Assembly (NCBI GenBank): GCA_034670025.1
Contig: JAXMOE010000003.1
Coordinates: 16,708 to 80,707 of the forward strand
DNA length: 64,000 bases
Direction: 5' to 3'
Origin: Chlorobiota bacterium
GTDB lineage: Bacteria; Bacteroidota; Ignavibacteria; Kapaibacteriales; UBA2268
The translations under genes and the position numbers were made by a program. This document shows, piece by piece, positions 1 through 9,217 of this stretch. The notes beneath the pieces are model-generated. The model ran no database searches and was not told the DNA's origin. It was given only the letters and a program-made list of their open reading frames with translations. The stretch's first letter is position 1; each line of letters begins with the position of its first letter.

Positions 1-315
1 AATTGCTGATAATCCCATCAATCCCCATCCCCAACCAAGAGTACCATTTTTACTGACTGAATTATATGATAATGAAATTTGTGGCACGAGAGTCTTTGTT
101 CCAGAAGGTGTGTATATAGGAATATTATAGTTGGCTGATCCATTAGGAGAAACACTGAATTTTCCTTTTAAAGTCCCTACAGGTTTTGTGTAATCAAGAC
201 TACGAGTTTCTAAATCTATAGTCGATGTTACATAGTTTATAGGACTAAACTGTTGCGATTCTAAAATAAGAGTAAAAACACTAATAAATAGTATTACTTT
301 AATTAACAGTTGCAT
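1..315 (-). CDS. SpvB/TcdB-N domain protein, N-terminus of a probable RHS/YD-repeat protein (partial, runs off the window)
   Basis: Manual translation from ATG at 315 (GGGAG upstream): MQLLIKVILFISVFTLILESQ...GKFSVSPNGSANYNIPIYTPSGTKTLVPQISLSYNSVSKNGTLGWGWGLMGLSAI; signal-peptide-like start plus the SpvB motif PxISLSYNS...NGxLGxGW. Confidence 0.8.
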   Translation of the reverse strand, partial: MQLLIKVILFISVFTLILESQQFSPINYVTSTIDLETRSLDYTKPVGTLKGKFSVSPNGSANYNIPIYTPSGTKTLVPQISLSYNSVSKNGTLGWGWGLMGLSAI

Positions 316-493
316 ATTAGCTCCCACGAAATTTAATATTCAGATTCTAAATTCATACTTTATTGAACATGTTTTCAGGCTGTATGATTTAATCTTTAAT
401 TCTAAATACAATTTAGAACAAATTACCCATCATGTAAATAGCTAAAAGGATTAGACACTGGTATTAAATTTTGTAATACTTACTATGACATTG

Positions 494-1135
494 CTATTTA
501 AATAAATAATTATATTTTACTTCTGAAGTAGATTTGATATTTAATTTTTTAAATATATTTCGTTTATGTGATTTTACTGTATTCTTTGAAATATATAATT
601 TATTAGCTATGAAGGATTCTGAATGTTCGTTAAAAAGTAGCTCCACTACCTCAATTTCTCTTAATGTAAGTTTTTTTGTGCTCTTCATTTCTTCCCTAAA
701 TGACTGAGTCATAATACAGTTTTCATATACTTTTTCTTTGTCATTAACTATCTTATTAATACTGCTAAATATTTTCCTGCAACCAATTTTTTTTAATAAA
801 TATCCATAAACACCATCTTCATATGCCTTTCTGATTAGACTTGGATTCTCATTAGCACTCAAAATCAAAAATTGCAATTCAGGATATTTTTTTATTAAGT
901 AAAGAGAACTTTCTCCATTTATATCAAGATCTAATATGGTTATGTCACAATAACTTTTTGAATTTTCAAAATCATTGATATTAAAAAATAAATTGACTGA
1001 CTCTACATCTTCATTTAATTCTAAATAAGATTTAAATGATTCGGCAAAAGCTCTATGATCTTCTAAAATGTTTATTTTCATATTACTAAGGGATTTTGAA
1101 TATTCTAAAAAACTAATATAGTAAATTATATCCAT
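494..1135 (-). CDS. NarL/LuxR-family response regulator (REC + HTH)
   Basis: ILEDH, ILDLDI, LILSA, GYLLK receiver motifs; LTLREIEV...IANKLYISKNTVKSHKRNIFKKL LuxR HTH; true start probably the internal MKINILEDH. Confidence 0.9.
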   Translation of the reverse strand: MDIIYYISFLEYSKSLSNMKINILEDHRAFAESFKSYLELNEDVESVNLFFNINDFENSKSYCDITILDLDINGESSLYLIKKYPELQFLILSANENPSLIRKAYEDGVYGYLLKKIGCRKIFSSINKIVNDKEKVYENCIMTQSFREEMKSTKKLTLREIEVVELLFNEHSESFIANKLYISKNTVKSHKRNIFKKLNIKSTSEVKYNYLFK

Positions 1136-1447
1136 TTACTTACTCTTGGATATTAGTTCTTTTCACTGAACATATAATTTATTTTTATTAAAGATTAGTA
1201 TATTTTTACAGTACAGTTTCATTAGATTTCAATATAACAAAATACCCAATTTTCAGAAAGAAACACCTATATTTTTTAATAAATAAGAATCTCACTGAAC
1301 TTATAGTTCAATTGCTAATAATCTATTTCTTAGAGTATAATGGTTTTCGTTCAGATTAAAACATTCTGTTATTTGTTTATGTTTATGTTTAGACTATAGC
1401 TTCATAACTTTTATTCTATTGCAATATATAAACTTATATCAGGGCAT

Positions 1448-1478
1448 TGCCTTTCCTTTGATAAGGCATTTTTTTTTT
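1448..1478 (+). terminator. Intrinsic terminator-like hairpin
   Basis: TGCCTT-loop-AAGGCA followed by a run of T. Confidence 0.55.
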
Positions 1479-1483
1479 GAGAT

Positions 1484-1510
1484 GTCATTGCGAACGAAGT
1501 GTGGCAATCT
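1484..1510. repeat. REP-like short interspersed element
   Basis: GTCATTGCGAACGAAGTGTGGCAATCT resembles the GTCATTGCGAG...GCAATC class of intergenic palindromic repeats. Confidence 0.5.
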
Positions 1511-1706
1511 ATCTATTTCATATAATTACTATTGCTTACATCGTTTTGCAAATGTAGTGCAGCCGGTGGTAATTCCAACTCACTACCTATCTACACCTCT
1601 CGTACACATATATTCTACCTTGGTTTTGTTAGGGCTTTTTGAGTGGGATGGGGGGATGGTATTGTTGATTGGGGTGTGTTGATTTCTATAGTAAGATATT
1701 TTTAAA

Positions 1707-2255
1707 TTAAGGCTTAAAGCTTTCAAAATAATCAGAATGAGGATTAAGATCATTACTTAGAGCAACTCTAGAAAAACTATTTCCAAATTGATGAGCAAGT
1801 TTCTCTCTATATGGGCTTGTGAGTCTTGCTTTTTTAATTTTTCTATTATTGGATAATTGATCTTTCAAATCGTCAATGCCAATAGTAAATAGCTCATTAA
1901 ATAGTACTAATATATAGTCATTATTCATGACATTTTGATTACATTTATCAAGAATAAACATGTTAATAATTTGATTTTTATTAATTTTTTCAAATTGCTT
2001 TATAACACTTTTCTTGGAATTATTATTCTTATTATAAACAATACTTAAATAATTTTTAAGTTCTGTTATTGTAGCTATCAAAACTGATTTGTTTTCAGTC
2101 ATTTTATTTAAATCGCAACTTTGAGATAGCACAATAACATTACCATGCTTTATTAAACCTTCTCTCACATCATGGATTCTTAAATTACAAAGGATATCTC
2201 CTTGCAACAATGAAGAGTCATCCTTAACTATTTCTTTGTACCATTCACTATCCAT
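1707..2255 (-). CDS. Hypothetical protein with PemK/MazF-like N-terminal pattern
   Basis: LQGDIL...VIVLSQSCDL...VLIATIT pattern; last gene of a three-gene overlapping operon. Confidence 0.55.
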   Translation of the reverse strand: MDSEWYKEIVKDDSSLLQGDILCNLRIHDVREGLIKHGNVIVLSQSCDLNKMTENKSVLIATITELKNYLSIVYNKNNNSKKSVIKQFEKINKNQIINMFILDKCNQNVMNNDYILVLFNELFTIGIDDLKDQLSNNRKIKKARLTSPYREKLAHQFGNSFSRVALSNDLNPHSDYFESFKP

Positions 2256-2677
2256 TAGTCAAAATATATTTTTATTGTTGAATCACTCTCTGGAAAATTA
2301 AAAGTCTTTATAGTTTCATATTCTGGTTTAAAATCAATTTCTTCTAATATAATTTGTTCTTCATATGTTTTACTGAAGTTAACAGTAATTAAATTGCTAC
2401 TAAAAGGATAAAAAGTATGCCTTTCCTCTTTTAGCTTTGCTCTTGAGCCAATAGAATCAATAATTTTCTGTATTTCTTCATTCTGAGTGAAATGAAAAGT
2501 ATCATTACTAGAACCATCTTCAATTATAATTTCATAAAGTGATCGGTTTTCATTGCGAATTGAATTTGATTGAACTTTACGTGGTTTATTATGTTTATAG
2601 AATACATCTTCATTAACATTCATAGATATTGAAGTTGCGGCACTATGTACTTGAATATCAATCATTTTACTCCCCAA
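2255..2677 (-). CDS. Hypothetical protein (middle gene of TIGR04255 module)
   Basis: 140-aa ORF overlapping both neighbours; acidic C-terminus. Confidence 0.6.
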   Translation of the reverse strand: MGSKMIDIQVHSAATSISMNVNEDVFYKHNKPRKVQSNSIRNENRSLYEIIIEDGSSNDTFHFTQNEEIQKIIDSIGSRAKLKEERHTFYPFSSNLITVNFSKTYEEQIILEEIDFKPEYETIKTFNFPESDSTIKIYFD

Positions 2678-3398
2678 ATTGTTTTAACAATATTCCATCA
2701 AAAGTTTTATAAAAAATATCTCTACATTTATCATGTGCCTTTTCAGCCCATTTAAGAATACTGATTTTATTAAACTTTAATTCACTATCACTTGTAACCG
2801 CATATTCTAACCAAACTCCTAATTCATCATCAATTTTTCTATCTTTTAAAATATAGTTAATTGTATTATTTTCATACTGAAAAGCAATATTGAAATTAAA
2901 TGCTTTTGTTTTTGATTTGTCAGTAATTATATTTTGATTTAGTTCAAAATTCATTTTGTTGGCTAAATATTCTATTCGGTTATCTTTCTCAAAGTTATCT
3001 TTTACGAAATCAAAATAAGTTAGTCTAGTTTTTACTTTATCAATTCCAAAAGTATCCAACCTTGATAAAGCATCAATAACAAATTCTATTTCTATCTTGA
3101 AAGTGTCCCAATCATAATTCTGATTTACTGTATTTACAGTTATTAGACCAGGTCCAATTTGGATTAATGGATACCCATCCTTTAATTTCCGATATCTATG
3201 TAATGGTCTATGGGTCAGTAATTCCATTGGTGGGATAGTACTATCATATACTGCATTTCTAACAGGATACTTGTTTTTAATTTCTGTAAATAAGTCACCA
3301 ATTAAATACTGCAGGTTATTATAATCGTAATCAACTTTTACTTCCCAAAAAATCTCAAGCATAACTTCGACTAATGGGGCATTTTCAAGTGTACTCAT
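2667..3398 (-). CDS. TIGR04255-family protein
   Basis: LENAPLVEVMLEIFW start, LIQIGPGLITVN...YDWDTF, C-terminal AHDKCRDIF. Confidence 0.75.
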   Translation of the reverse strand: MSTLENAPLVEVMLEIFWEVKVDYDYNNLQYLIGDLFTEIKNKYPVRNAVYDSTIPPMELLTHRPLHRYRKLKDGYPLIQIGPGLITVNTVNQNYDWDTFKIEIEFVIDALSRLDTFGIDKVKTRLTYFDFVKDNFEKDNRIEYLANKMNFELNQNIITDKSKTKAFNFNIAFQYENNTINYILKDRKIDDELGVWLEYAVTSDSELKFNKISILKWAEKAHDKCRDIFYKTFDGILLKQFGE

Positions 3399-3718
3399 AA
3401 TGATTTGGCTTCCAAGTTAGAAATTTACACAAATATATAAACTTCATATTTATAATCAAAATATATCATATTAAACGTTTAATTCAAATACTTGTTATCT
3501 TAGTGATTTTAATAAATAAAGCCAAAAGTTTATATTTAACTCTCTCAGTAGATACTTTTTACACTTTGAGAATTAGGAACGTGTATACACGCTAATGAAT
3601 TTCTTTGTTTTCCCCGTATTACTTATATCCTAAAATGCATCAACTTTTCTTAGCGTATTTTACTAAATATTAGCCCACTAACTAACATAAACACCTCTGT
3701 TTTATTTTATAATCACAC

Positions 3719-4192
3719 TCACCCCTCAGAGTGTAACATAGAGATTATCTCCTTACCATACTTCTCAATCTTTTTCCTGCCGAATCCATAAACGGAATAC
3801 AGCTCTAAGAAGTCAATTGGCATTTCTTTGATTGCAGAATATATATCAGCATTAGATAGAATCATATAGACTGGGAGTGATGCCTCGGAAGCTTTTTCGT
3901 CTCGCCATTGCTTTATTTTCTTTGCCATTTCTAGTTCTTCTTCATTCAAGTGGGATCTTGAATACTTTGTTTTAATAGTTGATGGACGTTCAAACTCAAT
4001 ATTTTCTGATTGTGGCTCTGGCTCGTTTTTCTCATCGTATTGTATTATCATCGACCAATAATCAACTCTTTCATTCACGAATGAAATTGCCGTTTCTATC
4101 ACTTCAACCGAGTCGAGGAACTCGTTCACTAACTGCTGGTCATACTCTAAGTACAACTCATGTGGTCTAATATTAAAGACTTTGACTTTCAT
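3719..4192 (-). CDS. HRDC-domain protein
   Basis: C-terminal KQWRDEKASEASLPVYMILSNADI...GFGRKKIEKYGKEII HRDC signature. Confidence 0.85.
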   Translation of the reverse strand: MKVKVFNIRPHELYLEYDQQLVNEFLDSVEVIETAISFVNERVDYWSMIIQYDEKNEPEPQSENIEFERPSTIKTKYSRSHLNEEELEMAKKIKQWRDEKASEASLPVYMILSNADIYSAIKEMPIDFLELYSVYGFGRKKIEKYGKEIISMLHSEG

Positions 4193-4260
4193 TTTATTTA
4201 GGATTGCTTCATTTCCAATCCCTCAATCTACAAAAAATCAGAGTCTTAAAGAAATGCCCA

Positions 4261-4683
4261 CTACCTCACAAAATGTACCATCTGAATCTTATCATTCTCG
4301 ATAGTGTAGATAGCGATGGCGTTCACTATTTCTCCCTCTATTATTCCTGTTACTTCCTCTGTGTCGATTACCACATTTCCCAGGACTTCGCGGTGGGTCA
4401 GTTTGCAGTGTAGGTTTACCGCCTTTTTAAACATCTTTCCGTACCTCTCGCGCATCTTATCTTTTCCTTTGTACATAAGCTGATCGGGGAAAGTATATAT
4501 CTCCACACTATCGCTAAAAGGAATGAGGAAGTTGTCGATATCGCGATTGTTGTATGCTGTCAATTGCTCTGTTGCCAATCTCTCGGCGGTTTTTTCTATT
4601 TCGGTCATTGTTTCCTCTTTCGTTTGTGATAGTAATATGCTTGTGAAAAGTATTAGAGTTATTATTATGATGATTTTTTTCAT
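4261..4683 (-). CDS. Secreted SnoaL/NTF2-like protein
   Basis: Signal peptide; EQLTAYNNRDIDNFL...VIDTEEV...AIYTIENDKI. Confidence 0.8.
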   Translation of the reverse strand: MKKIIIIITLILFTSILLSQTKEETMTEIEKTAERLATEQLTAYNNRDIDNFLIPFSDSVEIYTFPDQLMYKGKDKMRERYGKMFKKAVNLHCKLTHREVLGNVVIDTEEVTGIIEGEIVNAIAIYTIENDKIQMVHFVR

Positions 4684-4719
4684 TGTTTGGTCTTTCAGTT
4701 TTTGTGGATTTGGTTAGGT

Positions 4720-5301
4720 CTAACAACCACAATGGCTATTCACATAGGCAATAATATCTGGGAAAAAAGCATTGAACTCCTCGGTGAACAAATCATAATC
4801 TTCGTGTAGGTGGTCAATAGCACCACCGAAGTTCGACGGGAAACTTGTGCGTTCGTCCATTCTGTTAAGCGTGAATTGCAGCCCCTCTCTCGTTTTGTAA
4901 TTGTTGAGCCAATCGTTCTTTATCATTCGGGGAAGACTGAGTTGTAGCCCAGCAGGCAAGTCGTCCCTCCTTCTTGCAAATACCTTATACACATCCTGTG
5001 CATAGTCAGACAGTGTCATATCCGAGTACCGCTCCCAATTGTTGGCAAGCAGATGGTCATAGAGCACATCGATAACCACAGGCGAATACTTCTTGTGGTG
5101 TGGTCTCAACCTCTTCGTTGCCTTCCGAACTATATCGTGCTTGTCAGTGAATGAATCAATCTTCCTGTGCAGCTCTATCCCAGCATAGATTTCATCAGGC
5201 ACAAGTGTCAACTCCTTCATCGTGATGGAGTCTGCGATAAAGTTGCCTATCAGCAGGTCTTCATTGTTACATGAAAGAAATATATGGGCGAGGTAGTTCA
5301 T
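4720..5301 (-). CDS. acpH: ACP phosphodiesterase (DUF479)
   Basis: MNYLAHIFLS, GNFIAD, GIELHRKIDSFTD, DVLYDHLLA. Confidence 0.88.
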   Translation of the reverse strand: MNYLAHIFLSCNNEDLLIGNFIADSITMKELTLVPDEIYAGIELHRKIDSFTDKHDIVRKATKRLRPHHKKYSPVVIDVLYDHLLANNWERYSDMTLSDYAQDVYKVFARRRDDLPAGLQLSLPRMIKNDWLNNYKTREGLQFTLNRMDERTSFPSNFGGAIDHLHEDYDLFTEEFNAFFPDIIAYVNSHCGC

Positions 5302-5364
5302 AGATTAGAATGACGTTTTTAAATAAAAAATGATGTATCTCGCCCTGTAAGTAAAAGATATTTT

Positions 5365-6564
5365 CTAAACCCTTACTTGACCATCACCAAAGACATAATA
5401 CTTATTAGTTACTAACTGCTTCAACCCCAAAGGGCCTCTGTGGTGGAGTTTATCAGTACTTATCGCCAACTCTGCACCTACGCCCATTTGTCCACCATCA
5501 GTGAACCGAGTGGAAGCATTGTGATAAACAGCTGCACTGTCAACATTTTGCATAAAGCTCATGGCTTCTGGCTTATCTTCAGTGATAATTGATGCCGAGT
5601 GTTTACCTGAATACTTATTGATAATATCAATAGCTTCATCAAGATTGCCAACCTCTCCAATTAGTATTTTTAGAGCTAAAAACTCCTCGTACCACACATC
5701 CACATCCTTAACTGTCTCCTTGTCGGAAAGGATTTTGGCGACTTTTTCGTCAACTATTATCTCAACATTGTGCTGTTCCAACTTTTCTTGTAGCATATTG
5801 AGCTTAGCTTCGTAATCTGACAAATTTTTGTTTATCAGAACTTTGTCCAGTGCATTACAACCCGAAATTTTATCGGTCTTGGCATTGATTATAACTTTCA
5901 CGGCTTTGTCCCAATCTGCATTTTCAGAAACATAGAGGAAGTTGTTCCCCCTGCCGCTCACCAACACCGCGCAAGTAGCGTGGGTTTTTACAAAGTCAAT
6001 TAACCTTTCGCCGCCACGAGGAACAATCAAGTCCAACTGCTCGGTCGGGTTTCTCAAAAATTCCTGCGTTTCCTCACGCTTTAGGTGAAGTAAATTAATC
6101 CAATCTTTAGTAAGACCATTAGCTTCCAGAGCTTCGTGCCAGCATTTTTCTAAAATCAAATTACTATTGAGTGCTTCTTTGCCACCTTTAAGCAAAATCT
6201 TATTATTGGCTTTGAATGCTAACACAGCTGCCTCTATCGTAACGTCTGGTCTAGATTCGTAGATGATAAGAATCGTCCCAAAAGGTGCCGTAGTATTCAC
6301 AATGTTTAAATCGTTTTCTAAAGTTCTGTTTGATATTTCCTTACCAACAGGGTCGTCTTGCTGCATAACCTGTTTGATAGCGGTAATCATTTCGTCCACT
6401 TTTTTGTCATCAACCACTAATCTGTCGTAAAGTGCTTGGTCATCTCTTTGAAAAGCTTCTAAGTCTTTTTTGTTCTCAGCAATTATATTCTTCCTTTCAC
6501 GCTCTAAAATCTCAGTCATTGATTTCAGAACTCTATTTTTTTTGTCCGTATCTATAAGTTTCAT
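5365..6564 (-). CDS. proA: Gamma-glutamyl phosphate reductase
   Basis: IIYESRPDVT, LKGGKEA, VPRGG, catalytic GCNAL, NASTRFTDGG, ISTDKLHHRGPLGL. Confidence 0.96.
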   Translation of the reverse strand: MKLIDTDKKNRVLKSMTEILERERKNIIAENKKDLEAFQRDDQALYDRLVVDDKKVDEMITAIKQVMQQDDPVGKEISNRTLENDLNIVNTTAPFGTILIIYESRPDVTIEAAVLAFKANNKILLKGGKEALNSNLILEKCWHEALEANGLTKDWINLLHLKREETQEFLRNPTEQLDLIVPRGGERLIDFVKTHATCAVLVSGRGNNFLYVSENADWDKAVKVIINAKTDKISGCNALDKVLINKNLSDYEAKLNMLQEKLEQHNVEIIVDEKVAKILSDKETVKDVDVWYEEFLALKILIGEVGNLDEAIDIINKYSGKHSASIITEDKPEAMSFMQNVDSAAVYHNASTRFTDGGQMGVGAELAISTDKLHHRGPLGLKQLVTNKYYVFGDGQVRV

Positions 6565-6584
6565 TGTATTTATTTTTATTTAGA

Positions 6585-7367
6585 TTATTTAGTAGTAATA
6601 AATTTAGTGCCTACTTTTTTATTATTTATAATGTCAATGATAACATTTTCGCGTTTACCATTGGCAATATAGGTGGGAATGTTCTTATTAGCCGTGCCTT
6701 TGGCTACTTTTAGTTTTGAGGCCATTCCGCCGCGTCCTTCACCTTCTTTCTTGTCTGAGCTTTGAACATACTTTTCTACGTCTTGCTTGGTGTCAACTTC
6801 CCTGATAATCTCAGAATCAACATCATCTGGGTGTCCAGTATATAAGCCATCTGTGTCCGACAGTATAATTAACCTGTCTGCATCAATTAATTCTGCTACT
6901 AAACTTGCCAACTCATCATTATCCGAAAACATAGACATAGTTAGCGACACAGCGTCATCTTCGTTAGCAATTGGTATAATTCCTTCGTAGAGAAGAGCTT
7001 CATAGCAGTTTATCATATTGTCACGATGCTTACCAAGATCAAAATCTCGCTTAGTTGCCAAAATTTGTGCACATCGCATTCCATAATCATGGAATATGCT
7101 GTAGTAGTGGCGCATCATTCGAGGTTGCCCCACTGCAGAATAGACCTGCCGCCTAACAGATTTATCCTTTGTTTTGATGTCTCCCAAGACTTCCTTCCCT
7201 GCAATTGCAGAGCCAGAAGACACAAGGACTACCATAATGTCGTTTTCATACAGTACTGCCACTTGCCTCACTAGTTCCCTTAGCACAGGGCCTAATATCC
7301 TATTATCTCTATTTGTCAATACGTTGGTTCCTACTTTCACAACCACGCGTTTTATTTCATCACTCAT
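6585..7367 (-). CDS. proB: Glutamate 5-kinase (no PUA domain)
   Basis: VVKVGTNVLT, LVSSG, AVGQ, NEDDAV, DNDELA, GGMASKL. Confidence 0.96.
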   Translation of the reverse strand: MSDEIKRVVVKVGTNVLTNRDNRILGPVLRELVRQVAVLYENDIMVVLVSSGSAIAGKEVLGDIKTKDKSVRRQVYSAVGQPRMMRHYYSIFHDYGMRCAQILATKRDFDLGKHRDNMINCYEALLYEGIIPIANEDDAVSLTMSMFSDNDELASLVAELIDADRLIILSDTDGLYTGHPDDVDSEIIREVDTKQDVEKYVQSSDKKEGEGRGGMASKLKVAKGTANKNIPTYIANGKRENVIIDIINNKKVGTKFITTK

Positions 7368-7371
7368 AATA

Positions 7372-8178
7372 TCAGTCTTCCTTCCCCATTTCTACAGCCC
7401 TGTCGAATGCAGCATAGGCCGCATCTTGAATTAATTGCGTTACATTATTATCTTCCATAGAATCAATGGCAGCTCGGGTTGTCCCACCCTTCGACGCCAC
7501 TTTGTCAATCCATGATTTTGGTGAAATATCATTCTGATTGAATAGCTCTATTGCCCCTTCGAATGTATTACTCACCAACACCTTTGAATCGAAATCGGAA
7601 AAGCCCATCTTCTTTGCTGCTTCGAGCATAGATTGCATAAAGTAGAATACATAAGCAGGGCCGCTACCCGATATGCCAGTAGAAGCATCAATAAAGTTTT
7701 CAGTATCAACGTGAATTGAAGTCCCAGTGGTATCCAGCAAGCTGCGAATAAGTATTAATTCCACCTTCGACACCGCTTCCGATTCTGTATAAGAAGTCAC
7801 CCCTTTGCCAACTTTTGCTGGCAGATTGGGCATAGCTCGAACTACTTTTTCGGCAGCCAATTTTTCTCGAATGGAATCTATAGTAACACCAGCCATCAGA
7901 GAAACAAAAATCTGATTCTTGTTCAATATCGGCTTTATCTGTTCAAATAACTCATCGCTATGGTATGGCTTTACGGCAATGAACACAAGGTCTGCACTGG
8001 GAAAACAATCTTCCAAATTGTCGAACACATCGAACCTAGGGTCATTGCTCAAGCTTTCTCTTTTTTTGGGGTCTATGTCATAAATCCTTAGCTTATTCTT
8101 AGTAATCAAAGGCGATGTTGCCATTCCCTCGATATAAGTCAACCCCATATTCCCAGCACCTATTAATAGTATCTTCAT
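7372..8178 (-). CDS. proC: Pyrroline-5-carboxylate reductase
   Basis: IGAGNMG, AVKP, RAMPNLP, SGSGPAY, VASKGGTT. Confidence 0.96.
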   Translation of the reverse strand: MKILLIGAGNMGLTYIEGMATSPLITKNKLRIYDIDPKKRESLSNDPRFDVFDNLEDCFPSADLVFIAVKPYHSDELFEQIKPILNKNQIFVSLMAGVTIDSIREKLAAEKVVRAMPNLPAKVGKGVTSYTESEAVSKVELILIRSLLDTTGTSIHVDTENFIDASTGISGSGPAYVFYFMQSMLEAAKKMGFSDFDSKVLVSNTFEGAIELFNQNDISPKSWIDKVASKGGTTRAAIDSMEDNNVTQLIQDAAYAAFDRAVEMGKED

Positions 8179-8451
8179 ATATTTCCTGCTCTTATTATAA
8201 TACAGTCTATACTAATGAAAGTATTATAATTTATTATTTTGATTATTACTTATTACAAATATTAACCGAACAGTTAACCTACACTGGTTCATCTGTTCGG
8301 AGTTGTTTTACTATACGAACGACAAACTGTCGGGCATAGTGCTTACTTCACAAATGTAATTTCATGACTTGGTGGGTCTGTCGGTATGAATATATATATA
8401 CCCAACTGAAAATTTAGATTAGAAAACGATTAAACTTACCCAAACGAAGAG

Positions 8452-9189
8452 CTAATCCAATTTCCACATTTTGCCGGGTTTTCTTTTTTGGGAGTGCAAA
8501 TCTCGAGCAGCTACTCTGTCCCAAAACCGACCGCCTACTTTTTGCTCCACATCGTAAGTTACAGCCAAATAGTCTTCCAAATTACCAGTCAGCAGCTTGT
8601 TTTCCAACTCAAAAGTCCACAGCTTTAAGCGGCCTCGGTTGTCTTCTGCCAAAATACTCTTAGTAAAAGCGTGTGGAATAGGAACGTCAATACCATACTT
8701 CTCGGTGTCATTCCCAATGGTTTCTACTTTTTTGTCGAAATAGAAAATTGGAGCTGTCAACACATAAGTCTCCAATATATTTGGCTTATCGTTCAACTTA
8801 CGGATAGCCAGCTCTAAATTTCGCCAAATCCTTCTATTGAAATCTGGCATTTGTGGTGACATATTCGATAGCAAAAATGTCTCGCTATTTTGGATTTCTA
8901 ACTCGTCGTGGTTAGCACTAGCCACCAAGTGCCCCCTGTCATATCCACTTCCTGGGTAGGCCTTTAGTCCTGATCTGAACCTTCGTGGCAACCGAATATC
9001 TGCCCTAAAATTATTCCTTCTTTCTACTTCCCACTCGAATCGAGCATTGGGTTTAATTATTTCCAAAACCCACTTAGCTTGCCTAAAATACCACGAGTAA
9101 CCAATAGTGAAAAATCTACCAGTCAAAATCTCATCGCACACAGGTGAACCGTAGCGTAGTTCTTTTTGTATTTGAAACGGATCATTCAT
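8452..9189 (-). CDS. DNA/RNA non-specific endonuclease (NucA/Serratia family)
   Basis: SGYDRGHL, ETFLLSNMSPQ, FNRRIWRNLE. Confidence 0.92.
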   Translation of the reverse strand: MNDPFQIQKELRYGSPVCDEILTGRFFTIGYSWYFRQAKWVLEIIKPNARFEWEVERRNNFRADIRLPRRFRSGLKAYPGSGYDRGHLVASANHDELEIQNSETFLLSNMSPQMPDFNRRIWRNLELAIRKLNDKPNILETYVLTAPIFYFDKKVETIGNDTEKYGIDVPIPHAFTKSILAEDNRGRLKLWTFELENKLLTGNLEDYLAVTYDVEQKVGGRFWDRVAARDLHSQKRKPGKMWKLD

Positions 9190-9217
9190 AATTTACCACA
9201 CAAATTGTTACTAAAAC

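Noticed and set aside
1419-1682. 87-aa plus-strand ORF
   Set aside because: TTG start, spans a terminator hairpin and a REP-like element; likely spurious.
3719-4192. Diversity-generating retroelement
   Set aside because: No reverse transcriptase and no adenine-specific TR/VR repeat pair seen.
8266-8300. Hairpin upstream of proC as a possible riboswitch
   Set aside because: Only a single stem (CCGAACAG/CTGTTCGG) with no recognisable aptamer or T-box motif; may be a terminator or repeat.
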